The position numbers were made by a program, and so were the translations under genes. Of a stretch of DNA of 64,000 nucleotides, positions 35,373 to 54,568 are shown in pieces. The notes beneath the pieces are model-generated. The model saw nothing but the letters and a program-made list of their open reading frames with translations, did not search any database and had not been told where the DNA came from. The DNA is from the human T2T-CHM13v2.0 reference genome, Homo sapiens: assembly GCF_009914755.1 (NCBI RefSeq), contig NC_060936.1; one strand, 5' to 3'. How positions within the stretch are numbered: the stretch's first letter is position 1; each line of letters begins with the position of its first letter.

Positions 35373-35612
35373 CTAAACAGAAAAATGTCAAGTGTTAATA
35401 ACAAGATGCTAATATTTTTCATATTTTTTCCCAAGAATAATAAAGATTTGTGTCCTCTGCTCCCAATTTCTAGGCTGCTTATCATAATACCATTGGCAGT
35501 TCTCCCATTTCCCTTTCTCTAAACTTCCCTAACCTCACATCCACCTTGCTCTGAAAGCACAGACACTTCACTTTCTCTAATGAGGCGCCTTTAGCTTTTG
35601 TTTTTAACTTTC

Positions 35613-35630
35613 TGCCACCATCTAGTGGTG
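35613..35630 (-). promoter_or_regulatory. Candidate CTCF site (CACCACTAGATGGTGGCA)
   Basis: Close match to CCASYAGRKGGCR, about 240 bp upstream of the USP44 exon 2 acceptor. Confidence 0.5.
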
Positions 35631-35698
35631 AAAAATGGGTAGTAATCACTTTCCACTGAAATAGCTTAAGATCTATCCTTTTTTACCCAGTAGTCTGA

Positions 35699-36027
<329 letters not shown>

Positions 36028-37065
36028 CTTTTCTTAATGACAGGGGTTGGCAAGACCCAAATATATCTCACTAATATTTATAAACATTATGAGCCTTATG
36101 TGGAGTTAATAAAACATAATCAAAGATGAAAAGGTGAGTTTTAAGGCAGAAAAACATAGGTTTGAATTGTACCTTTGCCACACACTGTTAAATGTATGAT
36201 TTTGAGCAAATGTTTTAACTTCTCTAAACCATCTGTAAAAGAGGGAAAATCATACCAACTTCAATTGAGTTGTTGAAGAACTGAGAGATAATATTTATCT
36301 GACACATGGTAAATGGTAGTTTTAATTGTATCTATAGTGAACGAATCTTATTACCCTATTTAAATAAATCATATTACCATTAAACTTATTTTTTTCCATT
36401 TGGTAAATCAATAATTACCTTTAATTCATGGCTCTATAACATACTCTGAGGCCGAACAGACTTGACAGTTGGCTTTAGGGAAAGAGAAAGACAGAAGAGG
36501 AGAATGTGCTTTTGTATTTGAATATTCTCAGAAACATACAAGGAAATAAAGAGAAAAAAAGGAAGAATATGAAGTGGGTGGCAATAAGCTTTTATTACAT
36601 TCTAGCAGGCCTAAACCTATCTGAAATTATAAGCTTATTTTTTTAAAAAAGCTTATGTGATTTTTGACACAGAACTTGTTCCTTTATCAGTTAAAGTCAG
36701 GAACACTTCTGCTGTAAGTTATTTACATGTAATGAACAGAAATCTTATTTAAAAAGCCGTGATCACAAACACTTTTTTCATTGATTTAATACAAATCAAA
36801 GACAAATTTCAGGGTTTGGGTGGAGACCTAGTTACGGAACACTAAAAACACCCTATGTATCATGACCAAGGCATTAAATTTTTAGGGCAGTTGAAACTGT
36901 GAATTTCAACGGTACCTGCAAGTGCCACCTCCAGGCCTTAAGAAAACTGCAAAAGCAGTTGATTTTTGGTTCCTTCCCACCTCTTTTTGTAAAATCTCAT
37001 ATTCGTTCCTTAATTTTTAGGTATCAGGTACTGACCAGTCCCAAATCTCACATGTTCACATGTTT

Positions 37066-37388
<323 letters not shown>

Positions 37389-37569
37389 CCCATTTCACAC
37401 GTTTTAAGTGCACATTTTAAATTTACTCCTCTCTCTAAAAATTTCCAGAGGTTTAAAATCTGGTCAAATATGGTACTTTATTAGAACACCTAGGATTTGA
37501 CAATAGTTGCTAATGGCAGAATTGAGACATCAGTGATTTATATATTCCACTATCCCATATCTTTCTGTA

Positions 37570-37820
37570 CTGAGGCAAGAAACCTTAGAGTCATCCTTGA
37601 CTCTCTCTCTCTAAATCAATCCTTCAGGAAAAATGATTGACTCTACCTCCAAAATATACTGAGAATCTGACTTACTTAGTGCCTCTACTGCCACCAGCCT
37701 GATCCAAGCTACAATCAAGTCTTACCGGGATTACTGCAGTAAGGCTCCCAGATGGTCTCTCCACTTCTGTCCTTACTGCCACCAACAGTCTACTCTCAAC
37801 ACACAGTAGCATGGTCTGCA
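37570..37820. mobile_element. L2 fragment
   Basis: gagtcatccttgactc...ctacctccaaaatata...ggattactgcagta is an L2-like signature. Confidence 0.6.
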
Positions 37821-38331
37821 TCTAGACCTAAACAACCACTTTAGGGGATCCTTGCTGTGACCCTCCTCTATTAATGTGTAGTCAGCAAGGCCAAGGGCAT
37901 GTGGCCACCTGAAGTCTGCACACACCAGCAACTCCCCTTCTAAGGCCACTGGCTGGTACCTGGGACTCAGAGAATTACTTGCCCTAATCATCCCCAAGCT
38001 TGCTTCTAGGGCCTATGAGCAACACAGAGCCACTGAAGAAATCTGTAGAGGAGAATGATATGATCAGATCTGTGGGTTACAGAGGGATCTGAATTACAAA
38101 GAGCTCTGGAGAAGGGACGAGTGATTAAGAGAGACTAGCAGTCCAGAAATTATAAGGAAATTAAAGCTGCAGGAGTATAGCAGTTTTGAAGAAGGGGGCA
38201 GAGGTAGAATTAGTGCTTAACAAACATTAGTTGAGAGAATTTACTCAATTTGGAGGTTAAGGGAAGGATCTAGGGCTCTGTATTACCTTTTATTCAAAAT
38301 GATAAAATGAATACAGAGAAAATTTAGTTAA

Positions 38332-38663
<332 letters not shown>

Positions 38664-40251
38664 AAAATAATTATTAGTTCAACATCCTTGCAGAGGTGAA
38701 GAAGGAAATGCCAGCAAAAAAGATCATTTCATTCCAAAATTTTAAAGACGTAGAATGAGTTAACACTTTCAGAAAAGGATCAGTAGGAAAAAGCCTGGTG
38801 AGAATACATTTATTCTGAGGTTACCTCTGGGTAATGGGACTGAAAATTACTGTACTTTCTTTATTAATCTATACTTTCAAAATTGTAAAAATAACATGTT
38901 TTAAATAAAAACAGCTCAGATAGTGTTAAGTATGTGCTAAATTGTACACTAACCTCTTTACTCCTTCCTCTACTCTGCAAATAAATTCCCTTGAATACAA
39001 AAAAAGTACCTGTTTCATTGAAGCTATTGCTAAAAAATCTATTTAGATAATAACAAAGTACTTGACCTTCAAAGGGAAGTGGCATCTATAACTAAACACA
39101 TCATTCTATTTGATACAAAATTGTGAAAAGGGTGAAATCTTGATTAGATGTCATCTATCTGAGACATCATGGTAGAAGAGAGGGATTACAGTAAAACGGT
39201 GAGCGAGCACACACTGGAATCTAAATCCCCGAGTTTAACACTTGACAGGATTTACTATGTGACCATAAATTACGTGCTACATACCTCAGTTTTCTTATCT
39301 GTAAAGTAACAGTGGTAATAATACCAATAGGGTTGTTGAGGGAATTAACTTAGAACAACTCCTGACACTTAATAATATGGCCCTGAGTACATCTTAGCTG
39401 CCAATAGTAATAAAATAATAATAAATTATTATTATAAATGCTAGTTTCCTTCTAGTTGATCACTTTTAGCCAGGGATTCCTTCTTCTCAGCCAAATGTGT
39501 ACTAAGCCCAACTAAGGTGCTAACAGATAATCAAGATGTTAGCTAAGAACTAAGGTCTGACCTCTCCCAGGGGAATTTGCATTTTAAAAGGGGGGGGGTC
39601 TCTCAAAGATAAAATCTTTTTAAAAATAGACGTGAAACCAGAATAGTGGAATGACGGATCACGAGATTAATATTTTAGCTCAGGGGGCCCACTTACCCTG
39701 TCTACTTATGAAAGAAATCAGTAAGGGGTAGACGACAGAGGCAAGGGCACCGTGGAAAGCAGGAGCTGCAGAGCCAGGCTGCTGTCCCTAGAGATCTCCA
39801 GTAACTCAGACAGTAACTAGGGTATCCCCAAAGGGGTCTCATCACACAAAGATCTAAGAGCTTGGAGGAAAGAAAGGAGGATGGGAGTATTTTCTTGACA
39901 CTTCCTATATTCCTCTACTGGGTTCAGAGCACCTCTTTTCATTTGCTAATCCACCGCTGTGAAGCTATGCATTCGCTCTGGCGTCAGCAGATTGGATGTA
40001 TGATTTTTGGCAGTATATTCATTTTAAAGAGGTATTACCTGACAAAACATTTTTATATCCCTCATGCAGATTCTGACAAAATATTACCTGTACCAATATA
40101 ATAGCACCTTACAAATAGGATGCTTGAAATGAAATCTATAAGGATTAAAACTATCTGTGCTATAATTCTCATGCATTTAAAAAATGTTTCACACTCCAAA
40201 TTCAAATCAGTAGCTATCAAATGGCTTTTTTTTCTTTTTTTACCAGTGTGA

Positions 40252-40573
<322 letters not shown>

Positions 40574-41186
40574 AATGAAATGGCTTTTTAAACACCAAGT
40601 ATACTATTTTCATTTTTAAAGACAGATGTATTTACAAATATTCTAAAAGCTTTTTTGTCATTCTTCAGTGCAAAAAGACAATAAAACATTTAATTTGTTC
40701 AAACAAAGCCATTCAAGCTCTTCATACTTTTCACACCTATGACTGAGCATGCATTTTAAAAATTCCCTTTAGCAAATCTCTAAAGTTAAATAACTATATT
40801 TGACTTATTGAAAGCTAATTTTATGTAGAATTAGTATATCATTGAAGCACTTATTAAACAAAAAGCTAAAATGATTAGGAGAGAAATAGATGATCTTATA
40901 AGGGATTTTTAATCAACCGTTTATATCAAACTCCAAAATCAAATATCACAGGTAATATATTTAACTTGTTACAGTTCGACAGCATAAAACAGCTTATACT
41001 CACCACAGTGAGGACTCTCTGAAATTAATTTCTATTAACTCAAATTACAGCCCTTTGTAACCTACAACCCACAGTTTCGCATGTAGTGTAATACCTTCCT
41101 GTTGTATTTTTGTAGCTCTTCAAACCTCTTCTGATAATGAACTCATCCTACAGAGGTTCCAGCAGAGGTTTGATCATCAGTTCTAG

Positions 41187-43239
<2,053 letters not shown>

Positions 43240-43529
43240 TAAAGGACTTTGGATTGTGCTAACATTATGCCAACTTGCCAAATGTGAATCCTTGTGTTAT
43301 GTGTGCATACATCCTTACTTTGCCACCTAACTGTTGGGTAGGCTCCTTATGGTCAGGAAAAGACTATATCCCAAACATCATCTTTTAACCTAAAAATTCT
43401 CTCAGGGCTTTATGAAGATTGTATAGATGTACAGCTATATTTTTTCAGGCTACCAAATTCTTGGAGCAACCAACTAGCATTAACTGCAGGTCATCCTCTT
43501 TATGATATTTGAATCAGAGGTTGAAAGTA

Positions 43530-44592
<1,063 letters not shown>

Positions 44593-44730
44593 TCATCTCT
44601 AGTCAAATAATTTAAAAAATCCACGCGTGGCAGTGCATGACTATAGTCCCCAGCTACTTGAAAGCTACAAGAATTACTGAAAAATCAGAAGGGTAGCTAA
44701 ATTTTTTTTACTTCAAAAACTAACATACCA

Positions 44731-45395
<665 letters not shown>

Positions 45396-48300
45396 AATTT
45401 TAGTTATCTTTGACATAATAAACTTTTCAGCCAGCCACTCTCTTTCAACCTCAGTTTATGAAGACACTTGGAAAGAAAGCATGGAAAGGGACGATACAGC
45501 TGTAAGCCCTGGAGGTTCTTACAAGAGGATATCAGGTACCAAAGGTCAATGGTATGAATAATGTAATATAGATCTAATTGGCGTAATCAGTAGCTCAATT
45601 TTCAGATCCCTTCTTTAAAAAAATATTTTAATGAAAGTCAGGAAGTTACCATGATGAATAAACACACAAAAAAGTCAAATTAAATTACTATTTAATAAAG
45701 TGACAGAATGAGGGAAATGGCAAAAATACATTCCTAAAAAGAATTAGTCTATACATCTGTATAGTGTGGAAAAATAAAGAAAAAAAGAATTAATCTATAT
45801 GTTAAAATCTGAATAGACACTGAGATAACATTTTCATTAAGAAGCTTCCCCCCGCCATAGCTCATATTTAGTCAAATAATCATCATACAATATTTACATT
45901 TTATATGTCTTAGTGTCTTATAACCACAATTTTATCAATATTAAGGTATTTCTAAAATAGCCACGATTTTATAAATATTAAGATTGTTTAAAGTCTTGAA
46001 AGACCACAAGCTAAATCTAAACTTCTTAACATGGCACATAAAAGCCTTTGAACTTTGGAACAATATACACTTTTCTACTCTCATGTATGACTAACTACTT
46101 CCCAAACATCTTTTGTTAAGATGTTTTTAACAAATCTTATTGTGAATGTTTAATTTTTAAAACTCTTCATAATTGGGATATAAACGATTTTCATAAGAAA
46201 TGGGCATTCATATTTTACAGGAACACATATACATTCTAACTCTATTAAAGAAAGAAGAAATATAAGTACCACTGGGCATAAAATAGAACACATTTAAAAA
46301 TAAAAGTGTCACAGTAACCATCTCATTAAAAACAAAAACGAAAAAAAAAAAACTTGAAATCTCCCAGAGGGAGAATATGTTGACTATTTTAATGAAGATA
46401 ATTTTTGTAACAAAACATTTTTCTTTAAACAGTAACAAACCAAACAGATCCTCTACAGGCTATTAAAAGTTGTATGATTTGTTATTTTCCATAATAAAAG
46501 ATAGGAGGAAATGGTAATTTCGGTAGGAAGTAGGCCTTAGGAATTACTAACCACCACAATGCATTTGGATAAGAATGAAAACAACTTTATCCATAGTTTG
46601 CAGTAATTAGGGTAAATCTTACCCACTCGTATAAGCAATTTTCCATTTTCCATTTACTTCACGGAACCACCATAGTATTCTGTCCTCTTAAGAAATGTTT
46701 GTGAAACGCCAAGGGTCAAGCACAGTGCTTGGTTCACAGAAAGGGGTTCAATATTTTTGAATGAACAAATTACTGAGCGAATGAACACAATGGGCTCTCA
46801 AACCCTCCCCTACTCCCTCTTAGGTATGCTATTATGTCCATTATGTGCTTTGGCACCTCTCCATGTCAATCATGATGTATTTCCTTTCCTTTATCCCTAG
46901 AAAGGCCCTGGTTATTCTTTCTTCCTTTAGAGATCTAGAATCTATAATTACCCTGATCTTGCTTGGAACTCCTCATTAAACAATAAAGGACACCCTTTTC
47001 CCTTGGGCCTTCCTCATGTCTCTAACATGCCTCTCCTGAAGCAGAGATTGAATCTAGTTGAACACGTTGTAAGATAAAGCTCCTGAAAGCAGTTTCTGCC
47101 TCCGGGTTATTTGAATTTCTCACCCCCATCCCTACTTAACAAGTAATTTTGTTCCAAAACATTTATCATCAGTGTCACATCAACAAATTTACACATCAAT
47201 CTACCGCAGCTAACTTCGTAACAATGGGAGAAACATTCAGAATAATACTGAGCATCCTACCAAGGGTCTGAAAAATTGAATTCAAATACTCTGTGTGTAA
47301 AATGCCTAGACTCTGTCATTCCAGCACATCTATGATCTGATCTAGCAAGTATATCGTTAGACTACAAATTACCTTTTTCCTATGACGTGTAAAACTCCAT
47401 TAAAAATGAATTCTTCCTAATAAAGTTTTTTATGGCGTCTAAAATTGCTGTGAATGTTACACCTTTTACAATCACCTTTTAGCCAGAAAGCCATTATTTG
47501 TAGAATCCTCCTGTATTTCAGTTATTTGTCACCTATTTAGGCTGGGCCTAATAGCAAAACTGTCCCCCGTTACTGAATTCAGAGAATTATTCGGGCACAC
47601 GATTTATTTCCTATCTTGATTAGACTCCTGAGCCCGTGCCCCAGCCTCTCGCTAATCTCCCTGGACCAGACAACTCCATTAGAATCTGGCACCCACGTTT
47701 GTTCTGCCTAACACTGCAGGAAGGACAGAGACTTCAAAGCACGTGTTTGTTTTTTTGTTTTGTTTTTGGCTACCAAGAAGCCAAATTTCTGTATCCTCTA
47801 CCATTCAAAACCCCAATTCAACAAATTTACACGGGGGTTTTTCCTCCACGTTAAGCAGTTAGTCGGGTACTAGAGATACACATATAAAACACAGACTCTG
47901 CCCTCAAACAACCCAATGAGCAGAAAATTCTCTTAGGCACCAAAACGCTGTAATAGATTCAAGTGTGTAGAGGAGAAGTTTGGTAGAGTGGATATGACGC
48001 TTTCTTTCTTTGTAGTACAGAAAAGATAAATCTGTAGAAAAGGGAGAAAGACAACTGGGTAGAAAATTTATTTCAAATATCTAACCCAAATCTTCAACAG
48101 ATTTTCCATTTTAAATATTCCAAAAAGTGTACCATTGTATATTATACTAAATGCAGGTTCATTTATCACTTAAAAATTTTTAAGCTAAAAAATCTCAAAC
48201 AATTAACATTTGGGAAGAAAAACAGGACTGATACACAAAGTAGTCAAAATATTTCAGCTTTCTAAACTGTATGCACTGGACTAACTGTTCAATATTAGAA

Positions 48301-49819
48301 TATCTCTACATTTGAATTTGGATAGCCCACAGTGATAAATACTGGACTGAAAAATCTGACATCGAACATATGCAAAACTAATGGCTACTATGAAAAAAGA
48401 TAGAATGGGGAGAGAAAACTTGAATGTGCCAAAACATTTAAACGCTCTTTAAAATATCCTGAGATGCTAAATTAAGGACAAAACGATTAGAGTTCCAAGA
48501 ATACAAATTTTCATCTCTTTCAAGATTCAACTGAATATTGAATCTCATTGAGATTATGAAATATTCTCTAAGCATGTGCTTAACTTCTATTTGGCTTTCC
48601 GCATTTCACCACAGTGAACAGCCCATTCTTTTTCCTTGTTTACACCAAATGCTCGTTTTGAACACAACTCAAAATGGAATTCCAGGCCCAAAAGTCACCA
48701 CCCCTACTTTCACCCCCACAGGCAGCTACTTAACAGATAAGGAATTCAAGTGCAGGACCTGAAGGTCTTATTTCCATGCAAATTTCACAATCCCCGTTAC
48801 TTGCCCAGATACAACAATTAAAGCTTAAAAGGTGGCGGGAGTGGGGGACTTGAGGACTGGTCTGAGGAGAAAGTGAATCTCCCAAGGGTTCCTAAATGGT
48901 TTTGCTTCCAGTATAAAAACTGCGAGCTACCAGTAGAATTTAACAACAGCTCAACCTTGCATTTGGAACAGTTACTATATAGTTCACTTTCTTTTTTCAT
49001 GGGGGCGGGGTATGGTGTCTTACCTACTCTTAAATTTGAACGTATTAACAGGTTCCCCTCCGCGCACACTGACATATTTCTTATCCCCCATAATGAATTC
49101 AGCCATATGGCATTCTTTCCCATCGAAGGCCATCGGGAATGGCTTTAGGAAGCTGATTTTCAAGCTTTAAGCGGCAGCAGGTGCCGGCAGCGCGGGGACC
49201 GATCGATGGAGAGAAGGCGGGCAAGACGCCGGGAAGCGCATTCCTCCTCAACCGAGTGCCACAACCGCCCTCCCGAAGTGCCCCGGGGCTTCGAGCATCA
49301 CCTCGCGGTAATCCGGGAGGGTGGAGGGATGCGGCTGGACCCGGGCGTTGCGTGCTCCACACAGCGCCCAGCCCGTGCCAGCCCCGCGCCCACCTCTCCA
49401 CGACGCTCGTGCCGGGATCAGCGCGAAGCCCCTTCCAGTCCCCGAAGCCCTCGCCCGCGCCCGTTCTCCCCCAGCTCGCCCCCTCCAGCCCGCTGCGCCT
49501 TGCCGCAGCATCTCCGGGCACTCTGAGGCTGCCGCCGGGACAGGGTCGGAGCGCCGCAGAACCCACCGAAACTTCCCAGGGGGGCAATTCAAAATTCGCC
49601 GGACGCGTCGCCGCCGCGCGCCCCTCGGCTCATTCCCTTCCGCGCGCCCGCAGCCCCAGGCTCTCCCTCTCTCAGGACCCCCCAGCGCCCTGCGCGGCGA
49701 GAATAGGCCCCCAGGTGCCTCCCGGCCCCGGGGGCTGCCGTCGCACGTCCGCTCCCGCAGGGGTCCTCACTCCGCCAATCGCCGCGGCCGCGCGCCCTCG
49801 CGCCCTCGCGCACACTCAC

Positions 49820-49890
49820 CAGCCCGAGCCGGGGCGGCCATCTTAGCGCTCACCCCGGCCCCCCGCCCCCCGGTTCGGCGGCCGCGACGA
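49820..49890 (-). other. USP44: USP44 non-coding first exon in the CpG island
   Basis: Strong donor CTG|GTGAGT at 49819-49814, a YY1-type AAGATGGC motif and GC boxes. The TSS position is approximate. Confidence 0.75.
49834..49844 (-). promoter_or_regulatory. YY1-type motif (AAGATGGCCGC)
   Basis: Matches the YY1 core AAGATGGC just downstream of the inferred TSS, a typical position for this motif. Confidence 0.55.
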
Positions 49891-50945
49891 CCCGGTGCGG
49901 CGGCTACGACAGCCGTGACGCGCAGCAGGCCCCGCCCCCTCCCACAGCCCCACCCCTGCGCCGGCTCTTCGCGGGCACCGAGAACCTGCCGGTGGCCGCC
50001 TTCCGCGCCTCGTGGGGGGGTCGGGGCCACGGACGGTCCCCGGCGCCGCAAGTGGGTCTGCGCGAACAACAAGCACTGCCTCCCCGGGCGGGCTTCGCAC
50101 CTGTAGTGCCGTCGGGACACGGGAGGGTAAACCCAGCGTGTCCTGTGTGCCTGTGAGCCGCAGAATCATCCACGGACGTCGTTAGTCCTTCCTGGAATTT
50201 CTGCGATTTACACAACGTCGAATTGTTTGGCAGAAACGCGTGGCAAACTCCGTTATCTTTAAAACCTTCCCCAATTCACTGGCATAGAAATTCTTAAAGA
50301 AAACGTTTCCTTCTTGAAGCGACCCCTGGGTGTAACTTCAGTGGCGATGACGGCTGTGAATTGGGTTTTTTCGCACAGCAGAAGGGCGAGAGAGGTTCCA
50401 GAACGGGCACAGGAAGGGAACCGCTATCTAGAACTGCCTAACCCGAAATTGCCCATTTAAATAATGAAGTACATACCGAAAAGGAAAAGGAGGGGAAATC
50501 TGGAAAACAGGAAAGTCAAGGCTAAGGTACCTGAAAATTAACCCATTAATATTTATTGGATTCTTTGTGTTCAACTCTGAGCCAGATTGTTGTTTTTAAC
50601 TGAACCTATACTCAATGACAAAGCAGTTCTACTTTGGCCACCCTGTGGAGTGTACTGAAAATTTAAAAACTCTCCAAGGAGAGCTTAAAAAGAAGACAAA
50701 CATGCAAAGTTAACAATACATCAATGCAGTGCAAAATCTTGCAATATGTAAGACAAGGTATAAAATTGTTCCTATCTTTTCATCATCAGTTTTATTCTGG
50801 GGAGTATGTTTCAGTGGTATGACCTGAATAAAGAAATGAGTGCACAAAGGTATTCACAGCATATTATCCAAACACCGTAAAAGGCAAGAAGGAGCGGCAC
50901 AGGATTCTAACTAACAGGAAATGGCTAATTAAGGTCTGACATAGA

Positions 50946-51253
50946 GGCCGGGCGCAGTGGCTCACGCCTGTAATCACAGCACTTTGGGAGGCCAAGGCGG
51001 GTGGATCACCTGAGGTCAGGAGTTCGAGAGCAGCCTGGCCAACATAGTGAAACCCTGTCTCTACTAAAAATACAAAAATTATCCGGGCCTGGTGGCGGGC
51101 ACCTGTAATCCCAGCTACTCGGTAGGCTGAGACAGGACAATCGCTTGAACCCAGGAGGCGGAGGTTGTGGTGAGCCTAGATCCACAATTGCACTCAAGCC
51201 TGGGCAGCAACAAGAGCGAAACTCCGTCTCAGAAAAAAAAAAAAAAAAAAAAA
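50946..51253 (+). mobile_element. Alu (AluS)
   Basis: Sense Alu with TCTGA(C/T)ATA on both flanks. Confidence 0.9.
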
Positions 51254-52320
51254 ATCTGATATAACACAGGAAGTTCTTATGTTAACAAAATAGATACAAA
51301 ATAGCAACAATGTCTAATCAATTCATGTTTGAAAAAAATACCAAATATGTACATTAAGGTTACAACTGCATAAAATGTAGTCATGCAAATAAAGATTAAA
51401 GGGATGAATTTGCATAGTTTAATACTCATTTTGTTCTTTTTTCTATATATTTAAGTGCATAATAATTCTGATTCAATAATGACCCCAGTGCACTTCTCCC
51501 ACTCAAAACATCTAACCTCTATGTTGTACTTTTGCCCACCACCTGAATTTCTCAAATGCATTAAAAGCATTACATGAGGGCATCTCTTAAGATGAAATAT
51601 TTAAAATTTAAGTATTTCTGGCATGCAATATGGTTTTTCCTGTAATTCCTTGAAAGCAAAATATTAATAATAGAAAAATCAAAACTCTTGCTTTCCTATT
51701 ATAATGCCATAAAACCATTCTGGAAGGTCGTTTGGGAGATAGGAAGAGTCTTAGTTGCCTCCCTCTGATCTAGTAATTGGGCGGGGTCTTTTAAGGACTA
51801 AAATGATGTGAATAAATGAAGAGAAAAAGTGAAATGGGAAGAAAAGCAAAGGCAAGCTGTGTAAGGCATAGGTGGAGAGTGCTGAATAGTGTCTTCAATA
51901 AAATGTCTTAATACAATGATGTAAGCTAGGAAGAGGTGCGGAGTGGGAAGGGAAGAGGCTGGAGACAAATTCTCATTACTAGTGTTAGTAATTAAAGAGC
52001 AGATGTTTGTAGTTTAGCTTTTTCTTCATACTTATTACTACTTATTCAACTTTGAAATTTCCTCAGCTACCATTTTATTCATGATCTTCACTATCTAGGC
52101 CTAAATTATAGCATGCTCTAGCTCATTTCCTGAGCTCCAGAACCTCTCTATTGCAATTTTATTTTTACATAGCAATCATAGTCATTCTTCTCCTTAAATT
52201 TTCCTATTTGTTTTTTAACCCGTCTCATCGAATCTAAGCTTTTTACTGTAACATTAAAAAAAAGAAAAGAAAAAAGCCTCCTTCCCTGCCCACCTTCATC
52301 AATGATGTCCCCAAACTTAC

Positions 52321-52530
52321 CTATTAAAACCTCAAAATCAGTCTTTCCCCAGGTCGGCCTTTGGATAACTCAGAGGTCAGTCCCTGCAGGATCGCCCAGT
52401 TTCCATCAGGGCAAATGCTGATCTCCTAAGTGAAAAGTCCTGGCCGCTGCCTCCAGTGCCCCCCTGCAAATCATTACAAATCAACCTCTTTCAGGTTTGG
52501 CTTAAACTCTCACCTCCTGGAAACTGCTTT
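52321..52530 (-). other. USP44: Candidate distal alternative first exon of USP44
   Basis: Consensus donor TAG|GTAAGT at 52320-52315, with an OCT/SOX/KLF motif cluster just upstream. USP44 is known to use alternative promoters; the 5' end is approximate. Confidence 0.55.
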
Positions 52531-52565
52531 CCTGAAGTCACAAACCGGGCGTGCAGATCCCCATC

Positions 52566-52638
52566 CCCCACCCCCAGCAGTGCATTATTATGCAGTCACT
52601 GCTTTTGTTCCGAGTTCTGAGCCTGCTTCTATTTGCAT
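52566..52638. promoter_or_regulatory. KLF (CCCCACCCC), SOX-OCT-like (CATTATTATGCAGT), SOX-like (CTTTTGTT) and perfect octamer (ATTTGCAT, 52631-52638) cluster
   Basis: Motifs read directly from the sequence; binding is inferred. Confidence 0.5.
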
Positions 52639-53754
52639 CGTAACCTCTTTGGGGGCCGGGACTGTGCACTTGCTCCCTTTCTATACCTCTCCACAGTTCC
52701 TAGTACCGGCCAAAAACACTGCTGAAATGCCTAATGAATCAACCAGAAGTTCCTTAGCATAATATAGGAGCGTGGAAGTGATGTTTAGGGGGGCTTCCCT
52801 TGCTTCCCTGATCCCCAGATGGAGAGAAATGGCAATTTGCCCTTCCAAGGTAAGCAGTTTCCTAAACCAGATAAAATTTTAACGATTCTGAAACCTAATG
52901 GATGTGTAACTACTCAATTCTGAGTTACTACACAAACAGTTTTGCCCTTTGTATCCTGAGAGAAAAGTACGAATGAATTAAAAGAAGACAAAACATTGTA
53001 AATTTCATAAACCTCAGAGTGGCTTTTTATGCTTTATGTCGATTTTTAGAATTTCCTAGTCCAGTCTTTCATGAATCGAAGAATATTTCAGGAATCATAA
53101 TTGCAGACTAAAGAATTTATGAGCTTGTGAAATTTTAGGAATCACTTTTAAGACTTTTCAGAGTTTTACAGACAATGCTCTTACCTAATAACTAATATTC
53201 GCTTAACATTTTTTTCAACACCTAAATGCCTGGCACCATGCTAAGCATTGAGATATTCATAGCATTCATTTCAATGGTTATGAGGAGATGAAGGATTGAG
53301 CAGAGGAAGTGGGTAAAGAAACGCTAAATAACTCAGCCATAAACTTTTGATTAAGGTGTAGCAACACACTTCAGTTGAACTTTTTAAATGAGAGGAACCC
53401 AAACGACCTTACATTTCTGGCAAATATGAAAGAAAGGAGTTGAGAAAAAAGGAGTATGGAAAAAAGAGCAGCAGATGTAAGCTATGGCCTTAGTGGAGGA
53501 AAGTGAGTAGAAGGGGCTTTAGAATTCGCCTTTTTTCTTTAATTCTAAGAATGAGGTTGGTAGCAGGTAAGGAAGGTAAATGCCAGCTGAGTAGATGGTA
53601 CCAAAGTTGATTTGTTTTTAAAAGACCATTGTTTATTTGGTGGTCTGTCAGGGAAACTTGTACCTTGCAGGTGAATTTCCAACATAGGCCTACTGGAAAC
53701 TGAAACCCTGAGCCCCAGGGTTTAGGTATAAATGGAAGCAAAATTGTGAAGTGA

Positions 53755-54568
<814 letters not shown>

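Larger units (their letters stand above)
49170..50350. promoter_or_regulatory. CpG island / USP44 promoter
   Basis: Very high GC and CpG density against an AT-rich background; GC boxes (ccccgccccc near 49861 and 49930). Confidence 0.92.

Noticed and set aside
48776-48920. Octamer plus TATAAAA (48912) as a U6/7SK-type snRNA promoter
   Set aside because: No recognisable PSE and no small RNA gene or Pol III unit downstream.
49099-50215. Long overlapping Pro/Arg/Ala-rich ORFs (e.g. 49181..49846, 49321..50106)
   Set aside because: Expected stop-codon depletion in a CpG island; they occur on both strands and in several frames, with no recognisable domain.
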